Assembly: GCA_951406725.2 (NCBI GenBank)
Contig: OX597820.1
Coordinates: 31,248,001 to 31,312,000, forward strand
Reading direction: 5' to 3'
Source of the DNA: Octopus vulgaris
Lineage: Eukaryota
Length of the DNA stretch: 64,000 nt
Shown here: one piece after another, positions 49,138-63,011 of the stretch
Numbering within the stretch: position 1 is the first letter of the stretch
Layout: each line of letters opens with the position of its first letter
Made by a program: the position numbers and the translations under genes
The notes under the pieces: generated by a model
The model's database searches: none
What the model was told of the DNA's origin: nothing
Seen by the model: only the letters and a program-made list of their open reading frames with translations

Positions 49138-50681
49138 TCGGTCACGGTGATATATATAAATACACACACACATATATCCATTACAGCCAATCTTTGTTAC
49201 CTAACAGGATGTTAGGTAACAGCCTGGTTATGTAACCCTGTGCACTTCAGAGTTGGCAGCTATGAAAGAAAAAAAATGGTGATTGTTCTCTATTGCTGGA
49301 GGTAAAAAGACATCTAGTTTGTGGTTGCTGTGAAAAAAGACAAGACAAACTGAGCAAGGATGAAGTTTATGTTCCTTGGTGCTAAAAACAGCCTAGTCAC
49401 AAGATGTAGAACAGTGCTTATGATTATGACCCCGCTTCCTGACACCAAAGACTAATGCTTAGAAGAAAGTTACTTTCACATAGGACACTAACCATCGATG
49501 GTTGAAACAGAGTGGATTCCTCATTCAAAGTGTGCTCTCATCTCAATAGGAGCCAGTACCTAAGATCTCAAGAATATGAGACAGAGATGAGCAATACAAA
49601 GGAGTAAAGTATCTGAGACCCCAATATCTAAACAAATCAAGTCATCAAACAGTAAAGCCGTGATGGTATAGGGATCAACATGGTGATTGCTGTTTTTAGC
49701 CCTAGGTCAAATTTTAACTTAATAAACCTAGACCAAAGGTATTTCAGTTGTAATGACCCAAACTTCTATATCATCATCAGTAGGATGTAATTTGAGAAAG
49801 ATTTGACTGCTGTTTCTAACAGATCATTAGCTCGTATTTGACATTATGAGATCTGGAGGGAATGACAATGTCCATAAGGACAAAATGTGAGAGTGTGTAT
49901 ATGAAATTATGGTATCAGAAAAGAGCTCCATCTCTGATCAGGTTTGAAGTATTTTGAGCATGGACAGCAAATAGAGTGAATTTCTGTTGAGATATGAAGC
50001 CCTGATCATTTGGCTAGTAAACCAACACACTGTAAACTCAATCAGCTGCAACACATATATCAAACTCATTGGTCTCTGAGGACCAGCGAAGGCCATGAGT
50101 ACAGCTCCTTCCGCAGACCAAATCAAGAGCACCTACGTGCACACAATATGGTATTAAGAATGAAGGATAATGGAAAATGTAAGTCTAGGATAAGTATACA
50201 ATATAACAGATAAGATTGAATAGAGCAGGTATCCAATTATAAAGTAATAATAATAATAATCATATATAAGAGGGGTTATTGATGGTTTCAAGAATGTGAG
50301 GTTATCGTTATGCAAGTTGAGTTCTTTTGTGTGTGTGTGCATTGTGCGTGTGTGTGTGTGTGTGCATTGTGTGTGTATGTGTGTGCATTGTATGTGTGTG
50401 TGTGTGTGCAATGCTGCTTTGGAAATATTGCTTATTTGGATGGATGACGGTAGAGAGATGAAGAAGCAAATAGCAATGGATATGGGGGGAGAGAGAGCGT
50501 TGAGATGGAAGTCAGTCAGAGAGAGAGTGAGGCCGATAGTAAACACCAACAATCAATATTCCTAATAGTAAATTTTCCTACTCTCATAACAAATCGATAG
50601 CAACAGCAGCAGCAACAACAACAACAAAAGTAAATCAGCAAACAGATGTAACTCAAGGAATTGTAAATATTCAGGGATATA

Positions 50682-50728
<47 letters not shown>

Positions 50729-50833
50729 AAAACAAGGCACCTTCAAATGACTGAAAGTTACTATAGTCAGGACATAATATAACTAAAAAAAAGAGAAAAA
50801 AGACAAAAACATAGTTTCAAATATAGGCACAAA

Positions 50834-51367
50834 CAGTAGCATGGTCAGGTTCTAAATTTAGGGGGAGCAAGCACATAAAAAAAAAGGCATCATGATACAT
50901 ACCAAACAATTTTTAACTAATTTCTCTTGTATTAAGTGAAATATTTCATTAGTTATAATACACATAGTTGTATTCTACATTCATTAATTCTATGTTTCAG
51001 TAACAATGTCATTATGTATGAAACTTGTAACTGCTGATATAGGTGTGACGTAAAGAAAGATGAAACGGGGGATCATCCAGTGTCAAGAGGTTATGACATC
51101 AGGGTTTGTTTTGGCTTTTCAAATGTCAGCAACCAACATATCGCAGGAGATAGAGCAGACAATTCAAAAAACATGGGAGGTTGGTCAAATGAAGTAAGGA
51201 TTCCAGAAAGTTCTTCCAAGGCCATAAAAAAAAATTTAAAAAAAGATTTGATTTTTATCATACATATGAACTAAGGAGTTAAAAATGGTTGAAAACATGC
51301 CAGTTTTGAAAAATGTGCTTGAGGGAAGTGGTTGCTCCTCTTACTCCCTTATTAGCTACACCTTTGG
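50834..51367. mobile_element. possible decayed hAT-like DNA element
   Basis: Degenerate termini CAGTAGCATGG and AGCTACACCTTTG resemble CAGTGGCGTAGC-type TIRs. Other hAT-like ends at about 51580 and 57585-57752. Confidence 0.3.
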
Positions 51368-53529
51368 GCACAAGGCAATAAATTTGGAGGGAGGAGTACA
51401 GTCAATTAAATTGGCTTCAGTACTGGACTGGTACTTTATCAACCCCACAGAGATGGAAGGTAAAGATGACCGCAATGGAATTTGAACTAAGAACTGGCAT
51501 GATTCGGATAGATTCTGTAAGGTAATATTTTACAGCTGGATACTGTTCCTGATACCAAATCTTTTAGTCATTTTTTACAACAGTAGTTCTCAACTGGTGT
51601 CCATATAAGATTTTAGGGATCCACAAGAGTATTTTAAGGGCCCCAGAAAAAATTTTGCTTTTGATGTATTCATTGGCATATATTTCAAGAAATAGGTTTC
51701 TTTCTCTAAGAATTACCAAATGCACAGGAAAAATGACGTATTGCATAAAAAGTAGAAAAGGCATACAAAAGAGACAGAGGAGCCAACTGTAAAAGAGATT
51801 CATGGAAAGCAAACCAAAGAAGTTGGAGGAACTGATGGAATTGTTGTACAATGTTTCAACAATCAATGCCACCGAAGGTGATTGGACCCAAGTGTACAAG
51901 TGAGAGGAAAAGAAAACATACAGAGTTTCTGAAAAGAGATGTCAAGCTAAAAAATTAAGGTGTACAAAAAAAAAACAAACTCAAAAATGGGCGAATAGAA
52001 TGACACTTCCTAAGAAAAACTTAAAAGGAAAGATTTTGTAGGGAATTAATAATAATGGTACACCCCTCCCATGTGACGAATGGAATAACATAGTCACTAT
52101 AAGTAAAGGGAGTACGTAGTAGGCAGTCAGAGATAGTCGTGACTTTACTAGTTCTACTAAGTATACTGTATACCAAAGTGGATGTTATAACAACCCACTA
52201 AATCCATTCACAAGGTTTCAGTAAGCTCAGGGTTACCAAACCACTTGCCCAAGATGCCATGCAGTGAAACTGAACCTGAAAATACATGGTTGTGAAGCAA
52301 ACTTCTTAACTATATATCCACAATTTTCAACTTTACAAAAAGGGTAACACCCAATTGGACGAACTCTAATACTTACCTGATACTTCTTATGCCAATCCCA
52401 ATGAAAAAAAACCTAACCGAACACCACAAAGCATTTTCTCTGACGTTTTAACAATTCTGCCAATCCACCAACTGAATTATTTTAAAACTGGCTCTCCTTC
52501 GGTTATGACAATGAGGGTTCCAGTTGATCCGATTCCTGGAACAGATTGCCCAAAAAATTAATGTGCAAGTGGCTGAGCACTCCATTAACACATATACCCT
52601 TAATGTAGTTCTGATGGAGATTCAGTGTGACACACAGTGACAAGGCTGGCCCTTTCAATTACAGATACAATTCATTTTTGCTAGCTGAGTGGGCAAGAGC
52701 GATGTGAAATAAAATGTCATCAGGAATTGAACTCATGACCCTATGATTGTGAGTCATATACCCTAACCACTAAGCCACACACCTTCAGCAATTGAATTAT
52801 GCAATTTTGATATCATTGGCCAGTTGAGACAATTGATACCTCTCACTTGCAATATCTTCATATTACAGATTTGAAGCAAAAATTTAAAAACGAACAACAA
52901 AACTACGTTGACTATATGTGGCATCCCAGCAGTTAGTGTGGAGAAAGCAGCGGGGGAAGAAGAGGAGTAGCAGATGTTACTGTCAGTTATAGGAATTACT
53001 TGCCATTCATTGTTTAATACAAATGCTTGTCTTTGTGGTGGTCTATGAATAGACTGACAAACTAAATAAAGGTATCACAACAACAATCAAGTCAAGTGTC
53101 GAGAATCTCCAAGCTCTGTCCCAATCTAGAAGAGCTCTAGCTCAAAACAGCCATCCTTTTTGTCTTTTGGTTTCAAGTATAAAACTATCTTATCCAATGT
53201 GCAAGAAAGAGATAAAGTGGGTGTGGTGAGAGAGAGAGAGAGAGAGAGATTTGACTGCTATTTCTAGCAGAGTGAAAAACCACATTAGTAGCTCCCTCAT
53301 TGACTTATGTTCTTGTCTGGTTGATGTTGCTTAAGCTCAAATCAGACCTGATCAAGAAGATCTATGTATGATCAGACAATCCATCTTTGACCATCCCGTC
53401 TGTTTCCTAAGTGCTGAGTCTTCAAGAGACCTCATTATTCAATATGTCCTTTTCTAAAATGCTGGGATGGGATTTGAGAGAGACTTAGCTGCTACTTTTA
53501 GCAGGTTGAGTGATCAGTGAGAGGCACCC

Positions 53530-53760
53530 TTGAAGGCGACAGCACCAGATCCTCCTCTGGGTTGGTGTAAGCAGAGAGGTGGTCAGCTGAAAACATGGTC
53601 ATGACAGTCAAAGAAGATATGGAGCTTATTCCTGGCCCTCGAGTCTTTGGCATTTGTCACTGGAACCAGGAATGGCTTCAACCATGATGTGGTGAACTCA
53701 GTAGGAGCCAGCTTCACCCCTCCCACATGAATATCGTTACAAGAGGAGACCCTTGACTTG
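53530..53760 (+). mobile_element. RTE-clade LINE 3' fragment
   Basis: Translates PPLGWCKQRGGQLKTW, then after a frameshift TVKEDMELIPGPRVFG, matching the RTE 'GW...RGGQ.KTW..TVKED' motif. Confidence 0.65.
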
Positions 53761-53910
53761 TTCACTTCAGGCTATAAAAGCAGATGGAAGAAAGAGCCTA
53801 AAGGAAAATAACATAAAACCTCACTAAACTACAGAAAAAGCCTCTATGTGGTCACTTGAATTTGTTAGAAATACCAGCCCAATCTCCCACAATCACATCC
53901 AGTCATCTTT

Positions 53911-53973
53911 GAGAGAGAGGGTGGGGAGAAAGAGAAGAGTGAGAGAGAGAGAGAGAAAGAAAGAGAGAGAGAA

Positions 53974-54009
<36 letters not shown>

Positions 54010-54340
54010 GAGAGAGAGACAGAAAGAGGAAAGAGAGGGGGAAAGAGGGGAGAGAGAGGAAAGAGAGAGAAAGAGGAAAGAGAGAGAGAAAGAGGAGAGA
54101 GAGGGGAAAGAGGAGGGAGAGAGAAAGAGGAGGGAGAGAGAAAGAGGAAAGAGAGAGAGAGAGAGAGAAAGAGAAAGAGGAGAGAGAAAGAGGAAAGAGA
54201 GAGAGAGAGAGAGAAAGAGGAGAGAGAAAGAGAAAGAGGAGAGAGAAAGAGAGAGAGAGACAGAGGAGAGCAAGAGAGAGAGAGAGGAGAGAGAGAGAAA
54301 GAGGAGAGAGAGGAAAGAGAGAAAGAGAGAAATGAGAAAC
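53911..54340. repeat. about 430-bp polypurine (GA-rich) tract
   Basis: Almost exclusively G and A on the plus strand, expanded inside a family E repeat. Confidence 0.95.
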
Positions 54341-54696
54341 TGAGCAATGTAGCTTAAAGATAAAATATGATGGTATGGTTTGATCATAGCTGGAATACTG
54401 CTGCTTATCATAAGATCTGTTAATCTGTTAACCAGGGGCTAAACCACAACAAACAAACACCTACATGCCTATCAGGAAAAGAAAAAGCAGAACAGCTCTA
54501 ATACAAACATTAAAAATGCCTTAGTTAAAAGTCATCAACACTACATTAGTATATCAAGGAAAATTAATTAACTGCAGTCTAAATCTTTCTTTACAAAAAA
54601 AAAAAGGTAGCTTCACAGAATTTTCATTGAAAATACAGAAATTACACCAAAGAAAGGTGTGAGAATTCAAATTTGGAATATTAAATGTGCACACAC

Positions 54697-55630
54697 ACAC
54701 ACACTCAGGTATATAAACATATGTGTATATCTACACATACACACACACTCAGGTATATAAACATATGTGTATATCTACACATACACACAGGTATATAAAC
54801 ATACGTGTATACCTACACATACACACAGGTATATCAACATACGTGTATATCTACACAAACACACAGGTATATAAACATACGTGTATACCTACACATACAC
54901 ACAGGTATATAAACATACATGTACATCTACACATACACAGAGGTATATAAATATACATGTATATCTACACATACACACAGGTACATAAATATACATGTAT
55001 ATCTACACACACAGGTATATAAACATACATGTATATCTACACATACACACAGATATATAAACATACATGTACATCTACACATACACAGAGGTATATAAAC
55101 ATACATGTATATCTACACATACACACAGGTACATAAATATACATGTATATCTACACACACACAGGTATATAAACATACGTGTATATCTACACACACACAC
55201 AGGTATATAAACATACGTGTATATCTACACACACGCACACAGATATATAAACATACGTGTATATCTACACACACAGGTATATAAACATGTCTATCTCCAC
55301 ATACACACAGGTATATAAACATACATGTATATCTACATACACACAGGTATATAAACATACAGGTATATCTACACATACACACAGGTATATAAACATACAT
55401 GTATATCTACACATACACACAGGTATATAATCATACATGTATATCTACACATACACACAGGTATATAAACATACAGGTATATCTACACATACACACAGGT
55501 ATATAATCATACATGTATATCTACACATACACACAGGTATATAAATACATACACACAGGTAAATAAACATACATGTATATCTACACATACACACAGGTAT
55601 ATAATCATACATGTATATCTACACACACAC
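54697..55630. repeat. minisatellite, about 36-38 bp unit ACACAGGTATATAAACATACATGTATATCTACACAT
   Basis: About 25 contiguous tandem units with minor variants and no unique spacers. Confidence 0.95.
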
Positions 55631-56766
55631 ACACACAAATGGAAAAATAAATCCTTTTACAGTGTGAATGATGAAATTACTTTTGAATGATTTGCTTTGC
55701 AATGAGAGAGAGAGAGAGAGGAACATAGAAATAAAGAGAGAGGAACTGAGAAAGAGAAAGAGAAGAACAGAGAAAGAGAGAGGAACAGAGAAAGAGAGAG
55801 AGGGGGAACAGAGAAAGAGAGAAAAAAGTAAGAATTTCTCCTTTAGTCTTTAATTTATTTCTTAAGAGAATTAACATCCAATTGTTCTCGTTAGCGTGTC
55901 AAAATAATTACATTTTTAATGACATTACAGAATTATTCTTCTTTCCTGCCATCACAGTGCTCTTGTAGTGGTGGTGGTGGTGCTGGTTGTTGTTGCTGCT
56001 GTTTTAGCCTCTGTTCAGTTCTTATTGAAGAGCAGACTTGATCAAAAGTGTTCCAGCCACGATTATCCAGCTTTTGTTTGTTTATCTTTGCTTGACATTA
56101 TCTAAGATACCCTTAATTTTTGAAGACAAGGTGTTACTTAATTGAAACCAAGCTGCCGTTTCTAGTAAGTTGATGGCTCACGAATGGCTCAGTCATGCCC
56201 TTACAAGATATATTTTATCTTTTATCTATAACTTGTTTCAGTCACTGGATTGTGGCCATGCTGGGGTACTGCCTTGAAGAATTTTAAACGGACGAATTGA
56301 CCCCAGCCCTTATGTTTCTTTTTTTTTGTTTCCTTAAGCCTGGTACTTTTCTTGTTGGTCTCTTTTGCCAAACCACTAAGTTACGGGGATGTTGACACAC
56401 TGGTTGTTAAGCAGTGGTGGGAAACAAATACAGACGCAAAGACACACAGATTATATATATCAAAAACCTTTGATTGAAGGTGTACTTGGTCAATGATGAT
56501 CGAAGCCTAAATATCATCAACAACATTGCCATCATCATCATCAATAACCTTGTCACCACTACCACTGACATTATCACTAATATCAGTTTAATTGTAACAA
56601 CCATCAATGTTATCACAAAACTGTATACTACCTCTACCACCACTACCATCATCAGCATCACTTAATCTTATTGTTATCTCATAACCATCACCAGTGAACT
56701 TGGCAGACAGAAACTGAAAGAAGTCCATTGTGTGTGCAATTATTTATGTGTGTGTGTATACACACA

Positions 56767-57112
56767 CAGGGGTTGGACAAAATAATGGAAACACCCAACA
56801 TCATAATTTTGAAATATCTATAAAACCATCAAAAGCTTGATTGTTTTTGTTTTCGTTTTTATTTATTATTAGTGTTGATTAATTTGTTTTGCCAAAATTG
56901 CTGTTTCTTTTCAGATATCATCAGAAAAAGGTAATTAAAAGTCGTCAAAATGACAGATCTATCAGACTTTCAAAAAGATCAAATTGTTGGTGCTTGTATG
57001 GCAAGCACCAGTGTAATGAAAGCAGCCAAAATGTTTCGTGTATCAAGAAGCATCTCTCGAAAGTAATGACAGCCTTTGAGAAAGAGGGAAAAGCCTCATC
57101 GTCGAAACAAAA
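56767..57112 (+). mobile_element. Tc1-like transposon 5' end (TIR plus transposase N-terminus)
   Basis: CAGGGGTTGGACAAAATAATGGAAACACC terminus. ATG at 56950 gives MTDLSDFQKDQIVGA...VSR, then after a frameshift SKVMTAFEKEGK (Tc1 paired-like HTH region). Confidence 0.8.
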
Positions 57113-59129
57113 CACACAATTCAATATGCCATGCTTTTTAGAATAGTTGGGTCATATTTGAGGAAGATTAAGTTGCTATTTCTTGTAGGGTGGGCAACCA
57201 CATAAAAGCTCACTCCCTTCCTCCCTATTTGCTCTTCATTTCATTACAGGAGTTCACATTACAATAACACTAACAGTAACAAATACACAATGGTTTACAG
57301 TGACATGATTTGCCTTCAGCATGCTAAAGGTTACATTAGGTTGATGATGATGCATATATTTGTATATGTGATGTGTGTGTCTGTGTGAAGAAACAATGTC
57401 AAGAAGCCGCAGCCTCAAGGATACCTTCTTAGGGAAGCTTGCTCTAACTGGTTTCATCAGTTATGTTATCAGTAACAATTCCACTGCAAGAGCCTGTGTA
57501 CTTTTAACCTAGAACTTTCACTAGATATCTCCAAAAATTCAGACAGGAAAACGAGCAATTTCTATTTATTATTCATAGAGCACTTGTCCTCAACCTTTTT
57601 AATATCCAGCCCAGATCCCAAACAGTGATTTTTGCATTTTAGGGGCCACATGAAAGTAAAAGGAAAATCAAAGAAAAAATTATTGTTGAGGGCCACCAAA
57701 AGGATGCTTGAGGGCTGCATGGGACCCTGTGAGCAGTGGTTAAGAAGCACTGTCACAGAGGCTTCTTCATTCATTTAGAGTGGAGTGGTGATATGGAAAA
57801 TTAATCTTAACTTAGTAATTAACAAACAAAACAGCTCCTGTTTATAAAATAATTTTAATCTGCCAGAGTAATTAATACTAATCATTAGAATGGTCATAAC
57901 ATAATATAGTGACCAAAATAATCCTCACCAATGACAACTGACATTATATACTTTATCCTCTCACTCTACTCCTCCCATCTGATTAGTCAATGAGGGAACC
58001 TCTGCATGGTTATTCAACTTGCTAGAAATAAGACCTATATCAGTCTTGAACCATACCCAGCTATCTTAAAAAAGGGAAGGAGACATATTGAATTCAAACT
58101 AGTGTTGTCCTGGATATATTATTCCTTAAAGTTAGGATGATCACAGCCTGAACATCCTTCATCAAAGACAAAGCTCAATCAGAGCTGACCTGGGTCTAAA
58201 ACAAAACTCATGTCTGGTGAGATACTTATTTGAAAGAAAAAAACTGATGTTTGAGAGAGAGAGAGAGAGATTTGGCTGCTATTTCTGGCAGGTTGAGCAA
58301 TCAGATACAGGCTTGTTCACTGGCTCTAAATGTTCTTGTCTAGGGTTCTTACCAGGCTCCCTTAAGTGAAGGACTCTTCCCAACAAGTGCTGGGAAAAAG
58401 CTATGCATCCCTTCATGGTTTTTCACTTCTCCTTAGTTATTGTCTATTATCAGTAAAACACTAATAAGATGCTCATGTGTAGATATATAATTATCTATCT
58501 GCATTATCATTAAAAATATATTTTCTAAATTTTTATTCATGCTAATTGCTATATTGAGATTTTACATCATTCCTAACGAGAAAGATTCTGTGTTAGAAAT
58601 AGCAGCCAAATCTCCCTAAAATTACATCCCATTGCCTTCAAAACAAAGGGACATTTAGATGATATCTTACATACTTACTAAGGGTGGTAGACTTCATCAG
58701 TTGCCCAGTTCAAGACCACCACCTTGCCTCAAGTGCCTTTAGCAGAGTCCACTGTTATATTGCTGGTGTGAATCCCAGCAGCATTTAAGGATGCTCCTGT
58801 GTATAGCGTTTGTGTAGGTACAGCTTGGCTAAATGGTTAAGATGTTAGTTTTGCAACCATGAGGTTCCAGGTTTGATCTCACTGCATGGCTTCTTGGGCA
58901 AATATTTTCTATTGCCTTGGGTCAACCCACATCTTGTGAAACTGAGCCAAGGCTCAAGGTTGCAGATACTTTCCTTCCTCCATTCCTCCTGCCACTCTTG
59001 GTGGCCTTGTAAAGAGCCATGAGCATTGTACTTTTCTGTTGACAACAGGATAACAAAATGTGGTGAATCAGAGGAGTTGTTACAGTGTCCAACAGAATGG
59101 CGGCAATATTTATTCTGGCTGCCTGCACT

Positions 59130-60725
59130 AAGTTCAATTCCAACTGAGATCATTCTCGGTGATGAGGCCTAATATCTGTAGTAACCTCAAAGCTTCCTCC
59201 TAGTTGCAAGGTCTTTATGTTTGGGGAAGAAGGAACTGTGATTGGGTGTTGGTGGTGTTCAAGGAAACAAAATTAGTATGACTCAATCAAAAGAGGTTTT
59301 CAAGGTCTCTGTACGTAAAGTCAGTGCAGGTTTGATGTGAAATGTCTTGACTGCATAGAGATGATGCTTGGATGCCAAAAAAATTAGGGAGGAATGAAGG
59401 ATGGCTGTCATCTATGCATGAGTGAATGTTGTTGAAGGTGATGGCAAATAAGTCATTGATGCATGAGGTAAAGTAATGGGATAAAATCAAAGCCTGGTAC
59501 TCGGGAGTTGACAGAGAATGTGGAAAAAGCATTGATGTAAAAAAATTAGGAAGGAATAAAGGATGGTATCAGCTGTGTAAGAGTGAGCATTGTTGGTGAA
59601 GCAAAGTCAGACAATAAACGGAAGTGTGTGGAGAATGAAAACAAACTCTGAAGTAACCAAAGTTGATTGAATGTGAATCAAAAAGAGAGTGACACCACTA
59701 CATTCCACAATAGTATGATCTGAGAGGAAAGTACCAATTCAAATAACGAGAGATATACAGAGCCCACAGGTAGGTAGTTTGCCAGATTTGCATGCCAAGC
59801 AAATGTTTGGCTGATGTTGAGTGCAACAATATGATTGGCACAAAAGTTCTTGAAGATGAGGGTGCACAAGTGAGTGATATGAGAGGGTAAGACCCCAGTA
59901 CATATGGTTTTATAAAAACCAAACTGATGTTCACTATTAAGGAAAACAGATTCAAAGAAATATGTTAATAGCTGTCTTTACTGTTAATATGTAGGAAGTA
60001 ACTGTGATAGCATGATAGTTGGCAGGGTCCAAGGGGCTGTCCTTCTTGAGAATGGGACATACTGTAGTATGCCTTCAAAATTCAGGATTTGTCCATATTA
60101 CAGAAGAATTGAAGAGCTTAGTGAGAACAGGGACTAGATCTGAGGCAAATAGTTTGTTGAAGACAGAAGAAATAAAAAGGAAATTGTAAATTGGTGTCCT
60201 TTAGCATTTAAACCAGCTATATCCAGATAAAATATTCCAATTTTATGTTAAAACTGGCCAGACTTGGTCTTTCACACCTACCCAACATTATCATTTCAAG
60301 AATAAAAAATTGCATCATCAAAAACTTGAAGCTAATATATAATGGAGGATTAATTCAAAACAATATGGATAAATAAGCATTACATTTGACAGAATAATCT
60401 GAATGCGAAAGGGTTAAGGTGACTGAAGGTGATTTCACACTTGACATGTATGTGCACCTGATAGTGATTTTGGGTGGAGGAAAAACAGATGGTATCAGAG
60501 ATTTATTTAATGTATACAGTGTGAAGCTGGATGCAAAAAGGCAGCAAATGCAGAGACTTTCTCTGTGAAAATACTGCTTACAGAACCATCAAGACATGAC
60601 AAAGTTGGTTGAGATCCTTTCTGGCAAGGAACCAAAATGAACTGGCAGCAGTTTGGGAGGGTAAAGAGCTTGCAAGCTGTGCAATGCACAGAGATCATCA
60701 CACTTTGGACAATGGTGTCACACAA
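59130..60725 (-). mobile_element. decayed LINE reverse-transcriptase fragments (Jockey/CR1 group), interrupted by a MITE at about 60200-60417
   Basis: Minus-strand remnants VALNISQTF.WH (DISKAFD.VWH-like) and HSCIDD/HSYTAD (YADD-like), with many stops. Confidence 0.55.
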
Positions 60726-62860
60726 GTTGTAGAATGAGTAATTTACTCCTAACAGTATAGCTTATGATCCTTGCCTGAACAGTTGGTATGTAGCTATTAG
60801 TGATCACTTGAGACTTGGAGCTATGAATTTTGGTTGTGTATGATATGTGGAGGGAAATGCTTAAAATGATGATTTTAGTCACTTGCCAAGCTGATATTTT
60901 TTTTTTTACCTTCTCGGGTCATGCTGACTCATAAGGCCCAGTTTCCCAGTTTCATGGTATATAAATTCCCCACCTGGATGGGTTGCTGATCTGATGCAGT
61001 AGTAATCACTTTTGTCAGCTGAGTGGACTGGAGCAACATGAAATGAAGTGTTTTGCTCAAGAACACAATGCGTTGCCCTGTCCAGGAACAAAAAGCATAA
61101 GGGCAGAATTAGTTAGCTTGTAGTATTTTAAAAGGTGACACTGCTCCACATTGAATTCATCACAGCATGTTACTGCCTGATATGGTCAATGGATAGGTAA
61201 GAGCGTGGTATAACTAAGCCAAGAGACCTGTGGGTCAAACATAGGTATTCGGCTGTGCATGCCATATGTTAGCTCAATCAGAAATTAACTGTAGCTACAT
61301 AACAATGAAAATAGGCTCTGCCAACAAGATTCCTCAGCATTCACAACAGCAGTAATAATCACGGAGAAGAAGCAGGAAGATTAACGAGCAATAAACTGAT
61401 AATTAATAATGAACTAATTAAACACGAACAGAAAAAACATTAGTTGAGGTGAAGATAATATATGTAATAATGAAAACAACAGGTTTGTGCAGGCACGTGT
61501 GTGTATGTAAGCATGTGTGAGTAACTACTGCAAGTTGGTGCCTGTAATTTCTCAGTAGAATCAAACAACTTAATTAGTGATTTCCCAGTCCAACAAGAAA
61601 TAAATTAAACAATTACTTAGATCTCTACTATGCAGAAGTAATGGTAGTAGTCAGTAAATCTAATTCATAACAAACTCATTCATGTTGTGATAAATTAACT
61701 TATTTTCTAATCTGTGTCCAACAAACTCTTCAGAAACAACATTGATTTTTTCAGAACTTTTGGTTCAAAAACCTTTCTGCATTACTGATTTTTCTGAGCC
61801 AGAAGTAGTCACATCTAGACTAAACACATTAAATTTACTTAAATAAATAAATGGGGCAGGCATGGCTGAGTGGTAAGAAACCTGCTTCTCAACCACATGG
61901 TTCCGGGTTCAGTCCCACTGCATGGCACCCAATGTAAGTGTCTTTGGCCTCAGGCTGACCAAAGCTTTGTGAGTGGATTTGGTAGATGGAAACTGAAAGA
62001 AGTCCATCATATATATATAATTTGTGTGTTTTTATGTCTGTGCCTCCCCCCATCACTTGACAACTGATGCTATGATGATAGTGTGCTTACATCTCCATAA
62101 CTTAGCGGTTCAGCAAAAGAGACTGGTAGAATAAGTACTAGGCTTACAAAGAAGTCCTGGAGTATTTTGCTTTGACTAAAAACTCTTATAAGGCAGTGCT
62201 CCAGCATGGCTGTAATCAAAATGACTGAAACAGGTAAAAGAATAAATAAATGTACCTGTACATTAGTATAACTGATACAAGTTTATTTTATAATGTACTG
62301 TGCAAGGTACTAGTTGGTGCAAAGTATCAGAAAACTAGTCTAGCACCCATGTGAATCAGCTCATAAATTGGTGTGGATAATAAGAGGTTCTGGACCATCA
62401 GTGTAACAGAAAGATGGTACTGTATATTTATACTTTCTATCATATTGTTATTGTTTAGCCTCAGACCAGACCTGATTCAGCATACCTATAATAATCAAAG
62501 GTGTTCCTTATGTGGCCATTAATTCACAGAGTACATTATTCACTGGGTCTCCAGCCAATTTGTGCTAGTATGCTAAGTGGATGTAAAATGACAACGATAA
62601 TGGCATATGTTCTTTTAGAAGGTTAAGGGACTGTGATTTGAGGGAGATTTGCTTCTTATTTCTAGTAGATCAAGAGATCTCATAGAGGCTCCTCCATTAG
62701 CTTGTTTTTTCATTTTGTTTTATTCAGCACAAAAATCTATACCCTAGATACATAGAAAATTATATATACATTAAATATACATACATACACACACACACAC
62801 ACATCTTCATCACATGCAACTGAAGTAATATTGAATTAAAATAGTCATCTATGAATAATA

Positions 62861-63011
62861 ATGTACATACATCTCTGAAATGCAAATTTACTGTGGTAGT
62901 TGTCTGTACATCTCTATGTACATGCTGTTTTAAAAACACATAATGTCCATAAGAGGTGTTATCTCCAGAGAAATACTGCAGTAAATTTGCCTTTCAACCA
63001 TGTATTTACAA
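62861..63011. repeat. about 150-nt imperfect palindrome
   Basis: TGAAATGCAAATTTACTGTGGTAGTT (from 62876) matches the reverse complement of AAATACTGCAGTAAATTTGCCTTTCA (to 62996) at 22/26. Pairing continues inward to the centre TGTTTTAAAAACA and outward. Confidence 0.7.

Noticed and set aside
52368-52385. Perfect minus-strand donor CAG|GTAAGT
   Set aside because: It falls within a decayed family B SINE and has no matching acceptor or open frame.
53846-54411. E/R/K-rich and S/L/F-rich ORFs
   Set aside because: Products of the GA tract.
54697-55630. About 37-bp repeats of CRISPR-like length
   Set aside because: Units are contiguous with no unique spacers, there are no cas genes and the context is eukaryotic.
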